From assembly GCA_951406725.2 (NCBI GenBank), contig OX597842.1, positions 26,784,001 to 26,848,000 of the forward strand: 64,000 nt of DNA. The letters are read 5' to 3'. Shown here one piece after another: positions 50,292 to 62,902 of this stretch. The notes beneath the pieces were generated by a model, which was not told the DNA's origin, made no database searches, and worked only from the letters and a program-made list of their open reading frames with translations. Made by a program: the position numbers and the translations under genes. Every line of letters begins with the position of its first letter. Within the stretch, counting starts at the first letter, position 1. Source of the DNA: Octopus vulgaris (lineage: Eukaryota).

Positions 50292-51065
50292 GAGGCACGT
50301 GTGCCAGTGCCTCATGAAGCATGCATGCTGGTGTCACATATATAGCTCGCATACTGGTGCCATGTATAGAGCATGTGTGCCAGTGCCGCATGTAGAGCAC
50401 GCATGCCAGTACCATGTGTTGAGCACACATCCTAGTACCATGCTGCTTCCATGTATAAAGCACATGTAAAGCATGTATGCCGGTGTCACATGTGGAGCAT
50501 GTGTGTCGGTGCCAATCCCACATTTAAGGCATACATGGTTGTGCCACATGTAAAGCACACATGCTAGTGCTGCATGTGGACCACACATACCAGCGGCACA
50601 TGTAGATCCTACATGCCAATGCCACATGTAGAGCATAGCTACCAGTGCCACATGTAGAGCATGCATGCCAGTACCATGTGTAGAGCACGCATGCTGGTGC
50701 TGTATGTAGGACATGCATGCTATGTAAAGTATGTGTGCCAGAGTCACATGTGGAGCACACGTACAAGTGCTGAAAAATATTTTGAAACCGGTTTCTTTCC
50801 CTAATGTTTTTCATGGTTCAACCAATGCAAGTTAATGTGTGAAAAACAAAATAGGGATTTTGGAAGGAATTTCTAGAAAACTGATTTTTAAACGGCATAC
50901 ATGGTTGTGCCACATGTAAAGCCACAGATAGTGCTGCATGTGGACCACACAGTACCAGCGGTTCACATGTAGGATCTATATGAACCAGGTCATATATGCC
51001 ACATTTGTAGGAGTCCACACGTGCAAAGTAAACATGCCAGCACCACATGTAAAGCATGCATGCCC
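50292..51065. repeat. Degenerate ~22-bp CATG-rich minisatellite
   Basis: Recurrent cacatgtagagcatgcatgccagtg motif. Confidence 0.75.
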
Positions 51066-52492
51066 AGTTTTTCTTTCAATTACTTTAAATATAACAAAGA
51101 ATTTAGTAAAATAACTTAGTTATTATTCAGCTAGTGTTAGGAACGTAAATTATGACTAAGGTTTGGTGGAAGATTTTAATTCAAAACTTATGAAAACAAG
51201 ACATTTGTTCTCAGAGCCAGAGCCAGGTTGGTAACGAAAGGGTTAAGGGCCCCTGAAAAATTTTGCTTTAGATGTATGTATTGGAATGTATTGCAAGAAA
51301 CAGCCAGGTTTCTTTCTCTAACACCTTACATAGTTCAACCTATGTGTGAAAAACAAAATAGGGATTTTGGAAGGAATTTCTAGAAAACTAATTTTTAAAC
51401 GTTGAGTGGCTATGGAGGTGGGGGGGTGTCCACCAGAATATGATAATAATCAAAGGGGTCCACAGATAAAGAAATGGTTGAGAAACAGTACCAGTGGTTC
51501 TCAATGGGGGATCTATATGAACCCTGGAGGTCATATGTTGTGCCCCAGCATGGCCACAGTCCTATGGCGGTTTTGCTTATTCTACCTTAAGCTTTCTCTT
51601 AGGTTGTATTATTTTATTTGGTTTCTTTCTGAGTAAGGGAGAATATGATTAACGTCACTTATACTTAGTGTTATCATTATACCTAAAACCCTAACTACAG
51701 TATATTGTCATAGAGACATATACACATGAAACGCTATGAATATTAATGACATGTATGTTGAATATTTTCTTCGTGCCCTTTTAACTGCTATAAGAAAACA
51801 TAAATTAAGGATTACAGAAATGCATATTTATTTATGCTCAGTTGAAAAACAAACGTGAAGAGAAACATATTCTTTTAATTAGTTTTATTATATAAATATA
51901 ACATTTCATATTATTTACAGTAGGAAAGATAACTTTGTCGTGAAAAATAAAATAGGAATTTTGGAAAAAGTTTCTTTAAACTAGTTTTTAAACATTGAAT
52001 GGCGATACATTAACCAACAAATCAAAATAGACTTGTGATTAACTTTAGACATGGCATGAAAATTACCGTGTCTCAAAAGAGTGAGTGTCGTGGAGTTAAG
52101 TGACATCCAACTAAACCCTTCATTGTTGTGCCCCAGCATGGCCACAGTCCTATGGGTTTTTATAACTGCTCAACTTGACTTAAAAGAATCGAAATCCATT
52201 ACAAATATTTTTTACGAAACTTTTAGAATCTTTATATGAGCAGTTATATTAACCAATGGAAAAAAACGAAAATGATAATTCTTCGGCAAAGACATTACGT
52301 TATATTGCCAATTCGCGCCATATTTCAAAATGGCTAAAATGGTTATTGCTACAGTCCTATGACTGAAACAAGTAAAAGATAAAGGAACAGAAATGCATAT
52401 TTATTTATGCTCAGTTGAAAAACAAACGTGAAGAGAAACATGTTCTGAATTTAATTAGTTTTATTATATAAATTACCCTTGTTCTGTTTCAG

Positions 52493-52674
52493 GAGCAGCA
52501 CTCGTCGATCTTTGTCGTGAAGAAGAACGACTATAAATTCATCGCAGACACCGTTCTCGCAGTCGCGACCGCGAGTACAGAGAGCGGAGTCGGGACCGCG
52601 ACCGCTACCACGAAGAGCGGCACAGAGACCGCGACAGAGATCGGGAAAGAGAGAGAGAATATCGGCGTCACTGA
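52493..52674 (+). CDS. CPSF6: CPSF6-like last coding exon, RS/RD/RE domain (frame disrupted as given)
   Basis: Acceptor cttgttctgtttcag. 52540-52674 reads HRRHRSRSRDREYRERSRDRDRYHEERHRDRDRDREREREYRRH-stop. The entry frame hits TGA at 52518 and the RS frame has TAA at 52534. Confidence 0.78.
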
Positions 52675-52741
52675 AGACAGGAGACTTTCTAGAGGTTTCC
52701 GTTGAAGAAAACTGATCCAAAAAAAAACAAAAAAACAAAAT

Positions 52742-52880
52742 GTGAGTTCTTCTGATGTGTGTGGGGCAGGTTGTGTTCTTTGAGGTAATGTCTGCACAAT
52801 GTTGAGTAGTGAGTGATATGCACCAGTGATTAGGTATCTGTTTATCAGTTGATAAGCACTGCAAGCTTTCATACACAAGA

Positions 52881-52914
<34 letters not shown>

Positions 52915-55203
52915 GTGGCCTATACCTGGGATGTAGCCAGCCCACTTATGCATTCCTTTCCTTCTCGGGACACAAAACTCCACTTGCGAAGACCTGTTGA
53001 GGCAAGTGAAAATCAAAATCAAAATCGTAATCTGTCAACATCAATGGAATTTGTAGCTTGTGATACCAGTGCCGGTGGCACGTAAGAGAACCATCCGAAC
53101 GTGGCCGTTGCCAGCGCTGCCCCGACTGGCTTCCTTGCTGGTGGCACGTAAAAAGCATCATCCGTTCGTAGCCGTTGCCAGCTTCGTCTGGTCCCCGTGC
53201 CGGTGGCACGTAAAAAGCACCATCTGATCATGGCCGTTTGCCAGCCTCGTCTGGCACCTGTGCCGGTGGCACGTAAAAAGCACCCACTACACTCACGGAG
53301 TGGTTGGCGTTAGGAAGGGCATCCAGCTGTAGAAACACTGCCAGATCAGACTGGGCCCCTGGTGCAGCCTTCTGGCTTCCCAGACCCCAGTTGAACCGTC
53401 CAACCCATGCCAGCATGGAAAGCGGACGTTAAATGATGATGATGATTATTAATATTATTATTAAGGTAGCAAGCTGGCAGAATCGTTAGCACGCTGGATG
53501 AAATGCTTAGAGGTATTTCACCTGTCACTACGTTCTGAGTTCAAATTCCGCCGAGGTCGACTTTGCCTTTCATTCTTTTGGGGTTGATAAATTAAGTATC
53601 AGTTGCGTACTGGGGTCGATCTAATCGACTTGCCCCCTCCCTCAAAATTTCAGGCCCTATGCCTTATATTAGAAAGATTATTATTGAGCTGACAGAATTG
53701 TTAGAATACTGGGTGAAATGCTTAGCAGTATTTCGTCCGTCTTTACATTCTGAGTTCAAATTCAGCCAAGGTTGACTTGGTTTTTCATCATTATGGGGTC
53801 GATAAAATAAGTAACAGTTGAACACTGGGGTCATTGTAATCAACTTACTCCCTCCTCCAAACCTTCTGGCTTTGTGCCAAAATTTGAAACCATTATTATT
53901 ATTATTATTTTTATTAAGCACTGGCCATCATTGTGTTAAATCCTTGGACAAAGAGTTTTGCTTCAGTCTGACAGAATGCAAGGTTCAGCACCATCTACAC
54001 TCACGGAGTGTTAATGGCGTTAGGAAGGGCATCCAGCTGACCTAGAAACACTGCCAGATCAGACTGGGCACCCTGGTGCAGCCTTCTGGCTTCCCAGACT
54101 TTCAGTTATTATTACCCATGCCAGCATGGAAAGCGGACGTTAAATGATGATGATGATTATTAATATTATTATTAAGGTAGCAAGCTGGCAGAATCGTTAG
54201 CACGCTGGATGAAATGCTTAGAGGTATTTCACCTGTCACTACGTTCTGAGTTCAAATTCCGCCGAGGTCGACTTTGCCTTTCATTCTTTTGGGGTTGATA
54301 AATTAAGTATCAGGTTTTTGTGTATTTTTAAATGGCTTATAAACACCTTCCTTGCTGCATATTATTATTATTATTATTATTATTATATTTAAGGCAGTGA
54401 GCTGGCAGAATCGTTAGAATACTGGGTGAAATGCTTAGCAGTATTTCGTCCGTCTTTACATTCTGAGTTCAAATTCAGCCAAGGTTGACTTGGTTTTTCA
54501 TCATTATGGGGTCGATAAAATAAGTAACAGTTGAACACTAGGGTCATTGTAATCAACTTACTCCCTCCTCCAAACCTTCTGGCTTTGTGCCAAAATTTGA
54601 AACCATTATTATTATTATCATTATTGAGTGAGAGAACAGCACACACCCTCAAAGTAATGCTGGGGTACAAATATACGAACCCCAATATACCCATCATGAC
54701 TACCCATCTGATACAGTACACCAGGCACATGCATCGCAACAATGTGTGCACAACATAGTGATCTCATATCAAGATAAACAGCGCATGACCTTGAAGGTGG
54801 GGCCCGGTGGTTAGAATTTTCTTCAGCTTGAGTAACCCATCCCATTCAAAAGGGTTTTTGAATAAAGGTTGTTTAAGGATGATGAACAAAACACCCATAT
54901 TTCTAGTCTGAAAAAGGATATTATGATTCTTAAGGCAGCCAAGTGATACAACTGTTGGTGTCACAGACTGTTCGGACGGAGGGATGGGTCCCCTTTCGTT
55001 CCTGTTCTGCGAGACTGTCTGAAGTCTTTGGCAGATTTTCTCTACATCAGTACTCACTACATTACCCTCTCCCCCACTCATTATATTTCCATCAACATTT
55101 TTTTATATATACACATTTGTGTATGTATGTGTGTGTGTATATGTCTGCATATGTATATATGTATGAGTATATATGTGTGTGTGTGTATATGCATAGATGT
55201 GTG

Positions 55204-55234
<31 letters not shown>

Positions 55235-58200
55235 ATGTATATATATATACACACACGTATATATACACGTGTGTACATGTATGTATGTACGTATATACTT
55301 GTTTTATTGATAACTGCAAATTTACGTTTCAGGCCTCTGTTGCTGGTACCATCTTCACAACACTTAAGTCTCCCATTTGAAACCATCTTTAAAACTACCA
55401 CCACCACCACTACTACTATTACTGCTACTTTCTCCTCTTCTACATCCTGTACGATGTGTTTGATTTTTTTTTTTTTTGTTTTAGCATGAAGCAAGGCAAT
55501 TAATTATTTATATCCATGTCTTCAGTACACACACACAAAAAAAAAAAAAACCCCTAACCAGCCGAAACCTGGTTTCTCGGTGTTAAACTAGTTGATAGGT
55601 CAGCCCATGCGAGTTCCATTTTGTTAATTTTTATTATCATTGACAGAATCGTTAGCACACTGAATGAAATGCTTAGCAGCATTTGCCCTTCGTTACATTC
55701 TGAGTTACATCTGAGTGGAATTTGAATTCCACTTTGCCTTTCATCCTTTCGGGGTCAGTAAAATAAGTAGGAGTGAAGCACTGGGGTCAGTGTAATCTTC
55801 TAGTCTCCTCCCCCAAGGGAGGATTATTATTCTTACTACTACTACTACTACTATTATTATTATTTAAGGCAGCAAGCTGGCAGAAACGTTAGCACACCGG
55901 ACAAAAGCTTAGCAGTATTTCGTCCGTCTTGATGCTCTGAGTTCAAATTCCACCGAGGTCAACTTCACTTTCCATCCTTTTGGGGTCGATGAAATAAGTA
56001 CCTGTGAAACACTGGGATTGATGTAATTGACTCATCCCCCATCTCAAAACATCTGAAAGTAAGCCTGTGACTTTTAGGTGTTTTTAACACCAGGTGCATT
56101 GAGAATATATTCTCGTATGTCTCAACCACAGCTGACCCATGAACTAACAACATACACACCTTGAGTATGTGTGTTCGATCTTGTTTATACACCTCGAGTT
56201 ACTTCGCATTCATGTTTGAATTTTTCCCATGGCATGATTAGAAATATTAAGTCCTGATATTTCAAGTAAAATGCTCCTTTTCAAAAGTACTAAAGAAAAA
56301 GTGAGAGCTGGTGTACATCTGTTTAGTTTGTGTACTGGTTGTGTGTCATATGCACGCAAGAATTAACATTTGAAAATTACAAGTGTATTTCTCTCTTATT
56401 CTCCTAACACTTTGAAAGGGGTCATCTTACCCAAAATATTGTTTAATTATTTTTAAGGTAACACTTTTAATTCCTTTTATTATGTGTGTTCGATCTTGTT
56501 TATACACCTCGAGTTACTTCGCATTCATGGTAATCTTTAATGCCCTGTCATATCAAAAGGTTTGTGTGTGTAAATCTTGAGCCTGCCTTCCATGCTGGCA
56601 TGGGTCAAGTGTGCATGTATGTTAAAGAGATGGTGGGTGAATAGTTCTCTGGCTACAAAGTTAGAGGTTCAAATCCTTTCGGCATCACGTCATTGTATCA
56701 TTGGCCAAACCATTAAACTCTCAAATGTCCCAGTTCATCTAGCTATAAGTAGGTCCCATCATGGGCCGATACAATTCATTGCTGTAAGCGGCAGCTGCAC
56801 TGATTTGTTAGTTTGTAGGGCTGGGTCCTATTCCGCTCCCTGGTAAGGCAGTTTTCCTTGATAAGGTTACAGCTTACTCATCACATTTTATCTTATTATT
56901 GTTGATGTTTCACCTTCATAGTTCTGTATAACACGCTGTTATATAAGTAATCCTAAGTCAGTGAATTGGCAGTCATCATTGGATAGAATAAGCTTTGGTA
57001 TTTATTGTGGGTTTCTATGTTCTGAGTTCAAATCTTTGTGGTTAACTTTGCTCAAAATTTCATTCATCAACAATAATAAAAGGGATTAAAGTGTTACCTT
57101 AAAAATAATTAAACAATATTTCGGGTAAGATGACCCTTTTCAAAGTGTTAGGAGAATAAGAGAGAAATACATTTGTAATTTTCAAATGTTAATTCTTGCA
57201 TGCATATGACACACAACCAGTACACAAACTTAACAGATGTACACCAACTCTCACTTTTTCTTTAGAACTTTTGAAAAGGAGCATTTTACTTGAAATATCA
57301 GGACTTAATATTTCTAATCATGCCATTCTGGGTTAATGGATTGTTAGAGCTATAGGTAGGTCACCTTGTATTATCGGTTTGGAGAGCCTTTGTGTTCTGG
57401 TGGTAATACCTGTTAGAGCACAGGCACCAAATTAATCCCTTAGCATTCAGCATACTCTGTGAAATGTAGTGCTTCTTTATTCATATTATTTTCAATTAAC
57501 CACGCATGATCTCATAGCCTTATTCTTTGTAAGCCTAGTACTTATTCTATCAGTCTCTTTTACTGAACCACTAAGTTACAGGGACGTGAACACACCAGCA
57601 TCGGTTGTCACGACAGGAGACAAACACACACACACACATATTCTTTCGAGTTTCCGTCTACCAAATCCACTCACAAGGCATTGGTCAGCTCGAGGCTATA
57701 GTAGAAGACACTTGCCCAAGGTGCCACACAGTGGGACTGAACCCGGAGCCATGTGGTTGGTAAGCAAGCTACTTACCACACAGCCACTCCTGCGCCTATT
57801 GTTTACTTTTAGAATGACATTGTAGGTAGATGTGAGAAGCTGGCTCTGGCCATTTTTGGGTATTAAACAAGTACACCATTTTGGTCGAATATGGCCGGTT
57901 GAAATGCTAAAGGGTTAAATCAGGCTTTGGCTTGACCTTCAAGAAGAACCGTGTGCCATGGGGAGAGAGGGAAGACTTGCAAACAGGGACCATTTCTGGT
58001 CTTCCATGCTTGCTGAGGTCTGTCACAAGCACTAGGACCCATGGACTTAACCCTATTCCCGTGACATTACAGCACCCTCCCCACCACCCGTCCTGGAATG
58101 GGACCACAATCCTAACAATGATGAGTGCAGTAACCTTAACCATTAGGCGACATGCCTCCCCTTGACCAGAAATGGCCTGAACTCTTTGCATGACCACACT

Positions 58201-59384
58201 CCCTGTACATAAATCCATGTCCCCCTACATGGCCTTGCTTTTCGCTTTTTGAGCCAAAAAATTAACTTAACTATAAAGAAGGTAAAATACAAAAGACATA
58301 AAAATAGTTTATGCCCTGGGCCTCCCACTTGGTGCAGATCTATACTCCCACTAGACTTATGGAAGATTTTTTTTCCCTCTTCCTAGCAGCCTTAACACCA
58401 CTATCCTTTGGACCTTCAGATTCTTCAGTTGGGAGGATAGGCTTAACACACCAACACCAGATGCTTTGGTCTTTTAGTTTTACCATCAAAATCGCAATCG
58501 ATCAACATCAATGGAATTTGTAGCTGTGATACCAGTGCCGGTGGCACGTAAGAGAACCATCCGAACGTGGCTGTTGCCAGCGCCGCCCTGACTGGCCTCC
58601 GTGCCAGTAGCACATAAAAAGCACCATCCGATCGTGGCCGTTGCCAGCGCCGCCCTAACTGGCCCCTGTGCCGGTGGCAGGTAAAAAGCACCATCCAATC
58701 GTGGCCATTGCCAGCTTCATCTGGTCTCTGTGCCAGTGGCACGTAAAAAGCACCCACTACACTCACGGAGTCGTTGGCGTTAGGAAGGGCATCCAGCTGT
58801 AGAAACACTGCCAGATCAGACTGGAGCCTGGTGCAGCCTTCTGGCTTCCCAGACCCCAGTTAAACCATCCAACCCATGCTAGCATGGAAAGCGGACGTTA
58901 AACGATGATGATGATCATCATGCTACACTGCACAAGATTGCATCAATGAGCCGGTCCTAAAATGCATGATATCTCAAGAGTCTTACTCACATTATTTACA
59001 TTCATTTGCCATGAATTAAGGAACCCCTCTTTAATGTAAGGGAGACAAGCTCTGATTCTTTTCTATCATTCATTTCTGTTTTCCAACAGACTTGTTAGTG
59101 GACTGGGATTTCTTTCGACTGACATAATTTTCAGTAGGATGCTACAGGAATTAAAACACGTGACCCAACACAGCTGAGCCAGATCCTAGTTTTTTTCCTT
59201 GCGTCTTTTTGTACTCATCTGCATCAGTCTCAGAAGATTAGGTGGTGGGGTTGGGGATGGGGGAAGGAGAAGTCCCATAATGGGTTCACAGCTACTTGCT
59301 ATCCTCCCATGTCTATCTTTTATAACAAAAAAAAATTAATAAAAAAAAAAACCAATAAAACACTAATTTTTTATTTTTTTTCAG
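52742..59384 (+). other. Putative 3'-UTR intron of the CPSF6-like gene
   Basis: Donor AAT|gtgagt 67 nt after the stop. Acceptor cactaat-tttttattttttttcag. Interior is SINE-rich like the other introns. An alternative acceptor exists at 59089. Confidence 0.55.
56229..57326. repeat. ~255-bp inverted repeat pair
   Basis: 56229-56483 is the reverse complement of 57073-57326 with about 9 differences by eye. Confidence 0.9.
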
Positions 59385-61275
59385 TTCGCTTGCTGCGAGC
59401 AGCTATGAAGACCATCTGCCGTGTGGTACCTACTTACTGAGCATTTGTTTTTTTTTGTCTTTGTGTTTTTTTTTTTTTTTTTTTTTGCATATAAATAATT
59501 GTATTTCAATTTTCGAAATTATCTGAAGCAATTTTTAAAAATTTTTTTTTCTTTTTATCTGGAAATTTTAAATCAAAATTTTTCTGTTGTACTGAATGAC
59601 CTGGTGTTATGGTTACCATTACGTAACTGTCCAGACAAGTCTATATATATGTATATATATATATCTATCTATATATATGTATATGTATATATAACAAGTG
59701 TATATATGACAGGTATATATATGTATATCTATCTGTATATATATATATATATTTCTTAGTGATCTCAATTTGTATATATAATATTATATTTATTTAAATA
59801 TATTGTATTGAAAAGAAAAAAGCAAAACACAGATTTTGATGTCCAATCTAGTTGTATATTACTGTGAATCTGTGTGTATGTGTGTGTGTATCTGAATATG
59901 AGTATGTATGTATATGAAAGTGAATATACACATACTTGTCTGAATATATATGTATACATGCATTTGTACGTGTTTATGCATATTTCTGCGAGCATGGGTT
60001 CTATATGTGCACGTGTGTGTCTGCATATGTATGTAGGTATATTTGTGTACATGAGTATATACGATATAATCGTGATTTGATGTAAACAATGTCAACATTT
60101 CTGGAAAGCCAGAGAATTATACCACGATCGAGTTCTCACTGGGTATTGACCCTTATCTGATGTCTGCTGATTGTTCAAGCTTTGCTACAATTTTTTATTA
60201 TTATTATTGTTTGTTAGATTGTCTCCATAAAGAATAGCGACACACACACAACCACTTATCTCTATTTTTTCTCTCTCCTTCTGTCTCTTTATCTGTCTTT
60301 CTATCTCTCTTATATACATCTGTTGCTTTATGTATATACAAACATACACCCTATGGTAATAGGATAATACAAAGAGAACTCTCTACTACACTGCAAAAAT
60401 GTATTTATAAAGTCTTCATACAGGAAAAAATGGTTATTATGTATTTGCTACTTTTAGTTTCACCTACCCAACAGCAACAAATATAGGAATCTATGTATAT
60501 GTATGTGTATTTTAAAATTTATTTAGGTTTATGCCTAGGGTTATTGAACAATGTATACATGTGTGTGTGTTTGTGTGTACTTTTATATTTATATTTGTAT
60601 GTACTTTTTTTTTTTCGCCTGTCTCCCTCATTACTTCAATGTTTGTACTCCGAGTATATCTATGAATAGTATTTCCGAGAATTGTATTGAGTAAGATTTG
60701 AACCTGCAACCTTGTGACTAGTAAAAAATCTTTCAGTTTATAAACATTCTGGGGGTAATTTGTCAACCCTTGTCCTTTGAATTGTGTTCGGTAATGTACG
60801 TGTATATTATATATATACACACGCACAAACAAACATATATACACATTCGTACCTATATATTTATGTGAGTGTGTGTGCGTGTATATATATATATATATAT
60901 GTGATGTGTGTCTCTGCTTACACATACATAGATCTGCTTCTGTACATAGAATACGTGTATGTAGTTAATTCTTTGTAATGTTCGTTAACTTCATTTTAAT
61001 TATGTCTGCAACATATCATTTAACAAAATAATCTTTAAACTATTCTATCACACCTGTTTTGTATAACTTACACTAGTGTCCTTGCTGTATGTATGTGTAT
61101 ATATATATAATATATAATTATATATTATATATATGTGTATGTATATGTACATATGTATATGATAATATTACATGTATGTATAATTTATTTATTCTATTAA
61201 ACAACTTTTGTCTCGCTGTAATTTCCAGAAAACAAGAGGGATATTAAATAAATTGTCATTATGTTGTAAACATGG
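59385..61275 (+). other. Putative terminal non-coding exon (3' UTR)
   Basis: About 1.9 kb AU-rich stretch without recognisable SINE/MITE copies, following a strong acceptor and ending at clustered poly(A) signals. Confidence 0.5.
61243..61252 (+). promoter_or_regulatory. Candidate polyadenylation signal (overlapping ATTAAA/AATAAA)
   Basis: ATTAAATAAA at 61243, a second ATTAAA at 61196, many TGTA motifs upstream, T-rich sequence downstream. Confidence 0.45.
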
Positions 61276-62855
61276 GTTTCCGACCACTTCAGACATTTTG
61301 CTTTCAGGGGTCAATTTATAAATTTCTATATTGTCATATTGTTTTCAAATTTTTAAACATTCAACATTCACTTTTTATAAATCTGAAAAATTTCCCTTTT
61401 TTTTTTTTGCTTTTATTTTTTTGTCTGTGATTCTAACAATATTTTTTATGTTTTTTTTACCCCCACCCTTTTTTTTTTAACTTAGGAAACGTATCTAAGT
61501 TGAGTTGTTGACATCATCTTGGGAGATGAAACATTTATTTCATTTTCAATTAATAAGAGAAATTTCTTTTTTTTAAAACGACATTTACAACTACACTGTA
61601 CTTCAGTAAGGTTTGGTCTCTGATTGCTATTGATGGTTTTCTAATCTGCTTTACTTGACTAAGGTGGGGGTACCTCCCTCCTACATCCCTTGAGGTGTCA
61701 CCTAGACAGCCCGTCACCCCCTTTTTATCTCTTCACAGCTATCACTTTCATTTTCACTCTCTATCCTCTAAATATGAGCAGCCATATAGCTCTTCTACAG
61801 TAAGAACCTGCGCTGCCCATCTCTCTTCTCTCATATCTCAACCCTAGCATAAAGCTGCAAGCTACATAGCAACCTTACTTGTACTGGTGGCACAAAAAAA
61901 GCACCCAGTAATACACTGTAAAGTAGTTGGCATTAGGAAGGGCATCCAGCTATAGAACCTATGCCAAAGCTTCCAAACATGAACGTTAAATGATGTTTGT
62001 GGTAATATATAGATAGATATCTGTATTTTTAAAACTAATTGATAAAAACAAGACTGCATTAAGCTAAACAATAATAAAAGTAATCCTTTCTACTATAGGC
62101 ACAAGGCCTGAAATTTGGAGAATGTTCAACTGGACTTATTTTATTGGACCCAAAAGAATGGAAAGTAAAGTCAACCTTGGTGGAATTTGAACTCGCAATT
62201 CAGAGACGGGTGAAATGCCGCTAAGCATTTTGCTTGGCATGCTAACGATTTTGCCAGTCTGCAGCCTTAATAATAATAATAATAATGGTTCCTAGGTTGA
62301 ATACTGTCCAGTTCTGTGTACACAATTTGGAAAAAGACACCTGTTGAGGAACAGACTGATTGAAACATGGTGTAGATGTAAATATTGTTAAAAAATAAGA
62401 AATTGTTTCATGTCTAAAGGTGGGGTCAATGTATTGCAGAAATTGCAATTTTCTTGGGGACCAGGGAACAAAAATAATGGTGTTTTTTCTTATTTATTTT
62501 AAGAAATTTTGTTTTGAGATTTTTTCCTTTTTTTAAGAAATTTTTCTTTTTTTTTCCACTTGTTTTTAATATAATTTTTTAATTAGTGTAAATTAATTTG
62601 TTTTTAAGTTAATTCGGGCCTGTTGAACATTAAAATTACTGATATATGTTAAAGGTAAAAAATATAGTCATTGGACTAAATTACTTATATGTTTGTAGGC
62701 ATATACACACAAGCACATGTGTGTGTATATATATATATATATATACATACATATATATATATATATACTTTATAATTAGGGTTCAGCAAAGGTTTGCTTT
62801 ACTACATACCATGAAAGGGTCCTTTTTCATGCCGAATTCTACTTGGTGAAATTAT

Positions 62856-62902
<47 letters not shown>

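Noticed and set aside
52518-52536. A-to-I editing rescue of the premature stops in the RS exon
   Set aside because: Editing TGA to TGG would not correct the frame offset, so the RS tail would still not be read.
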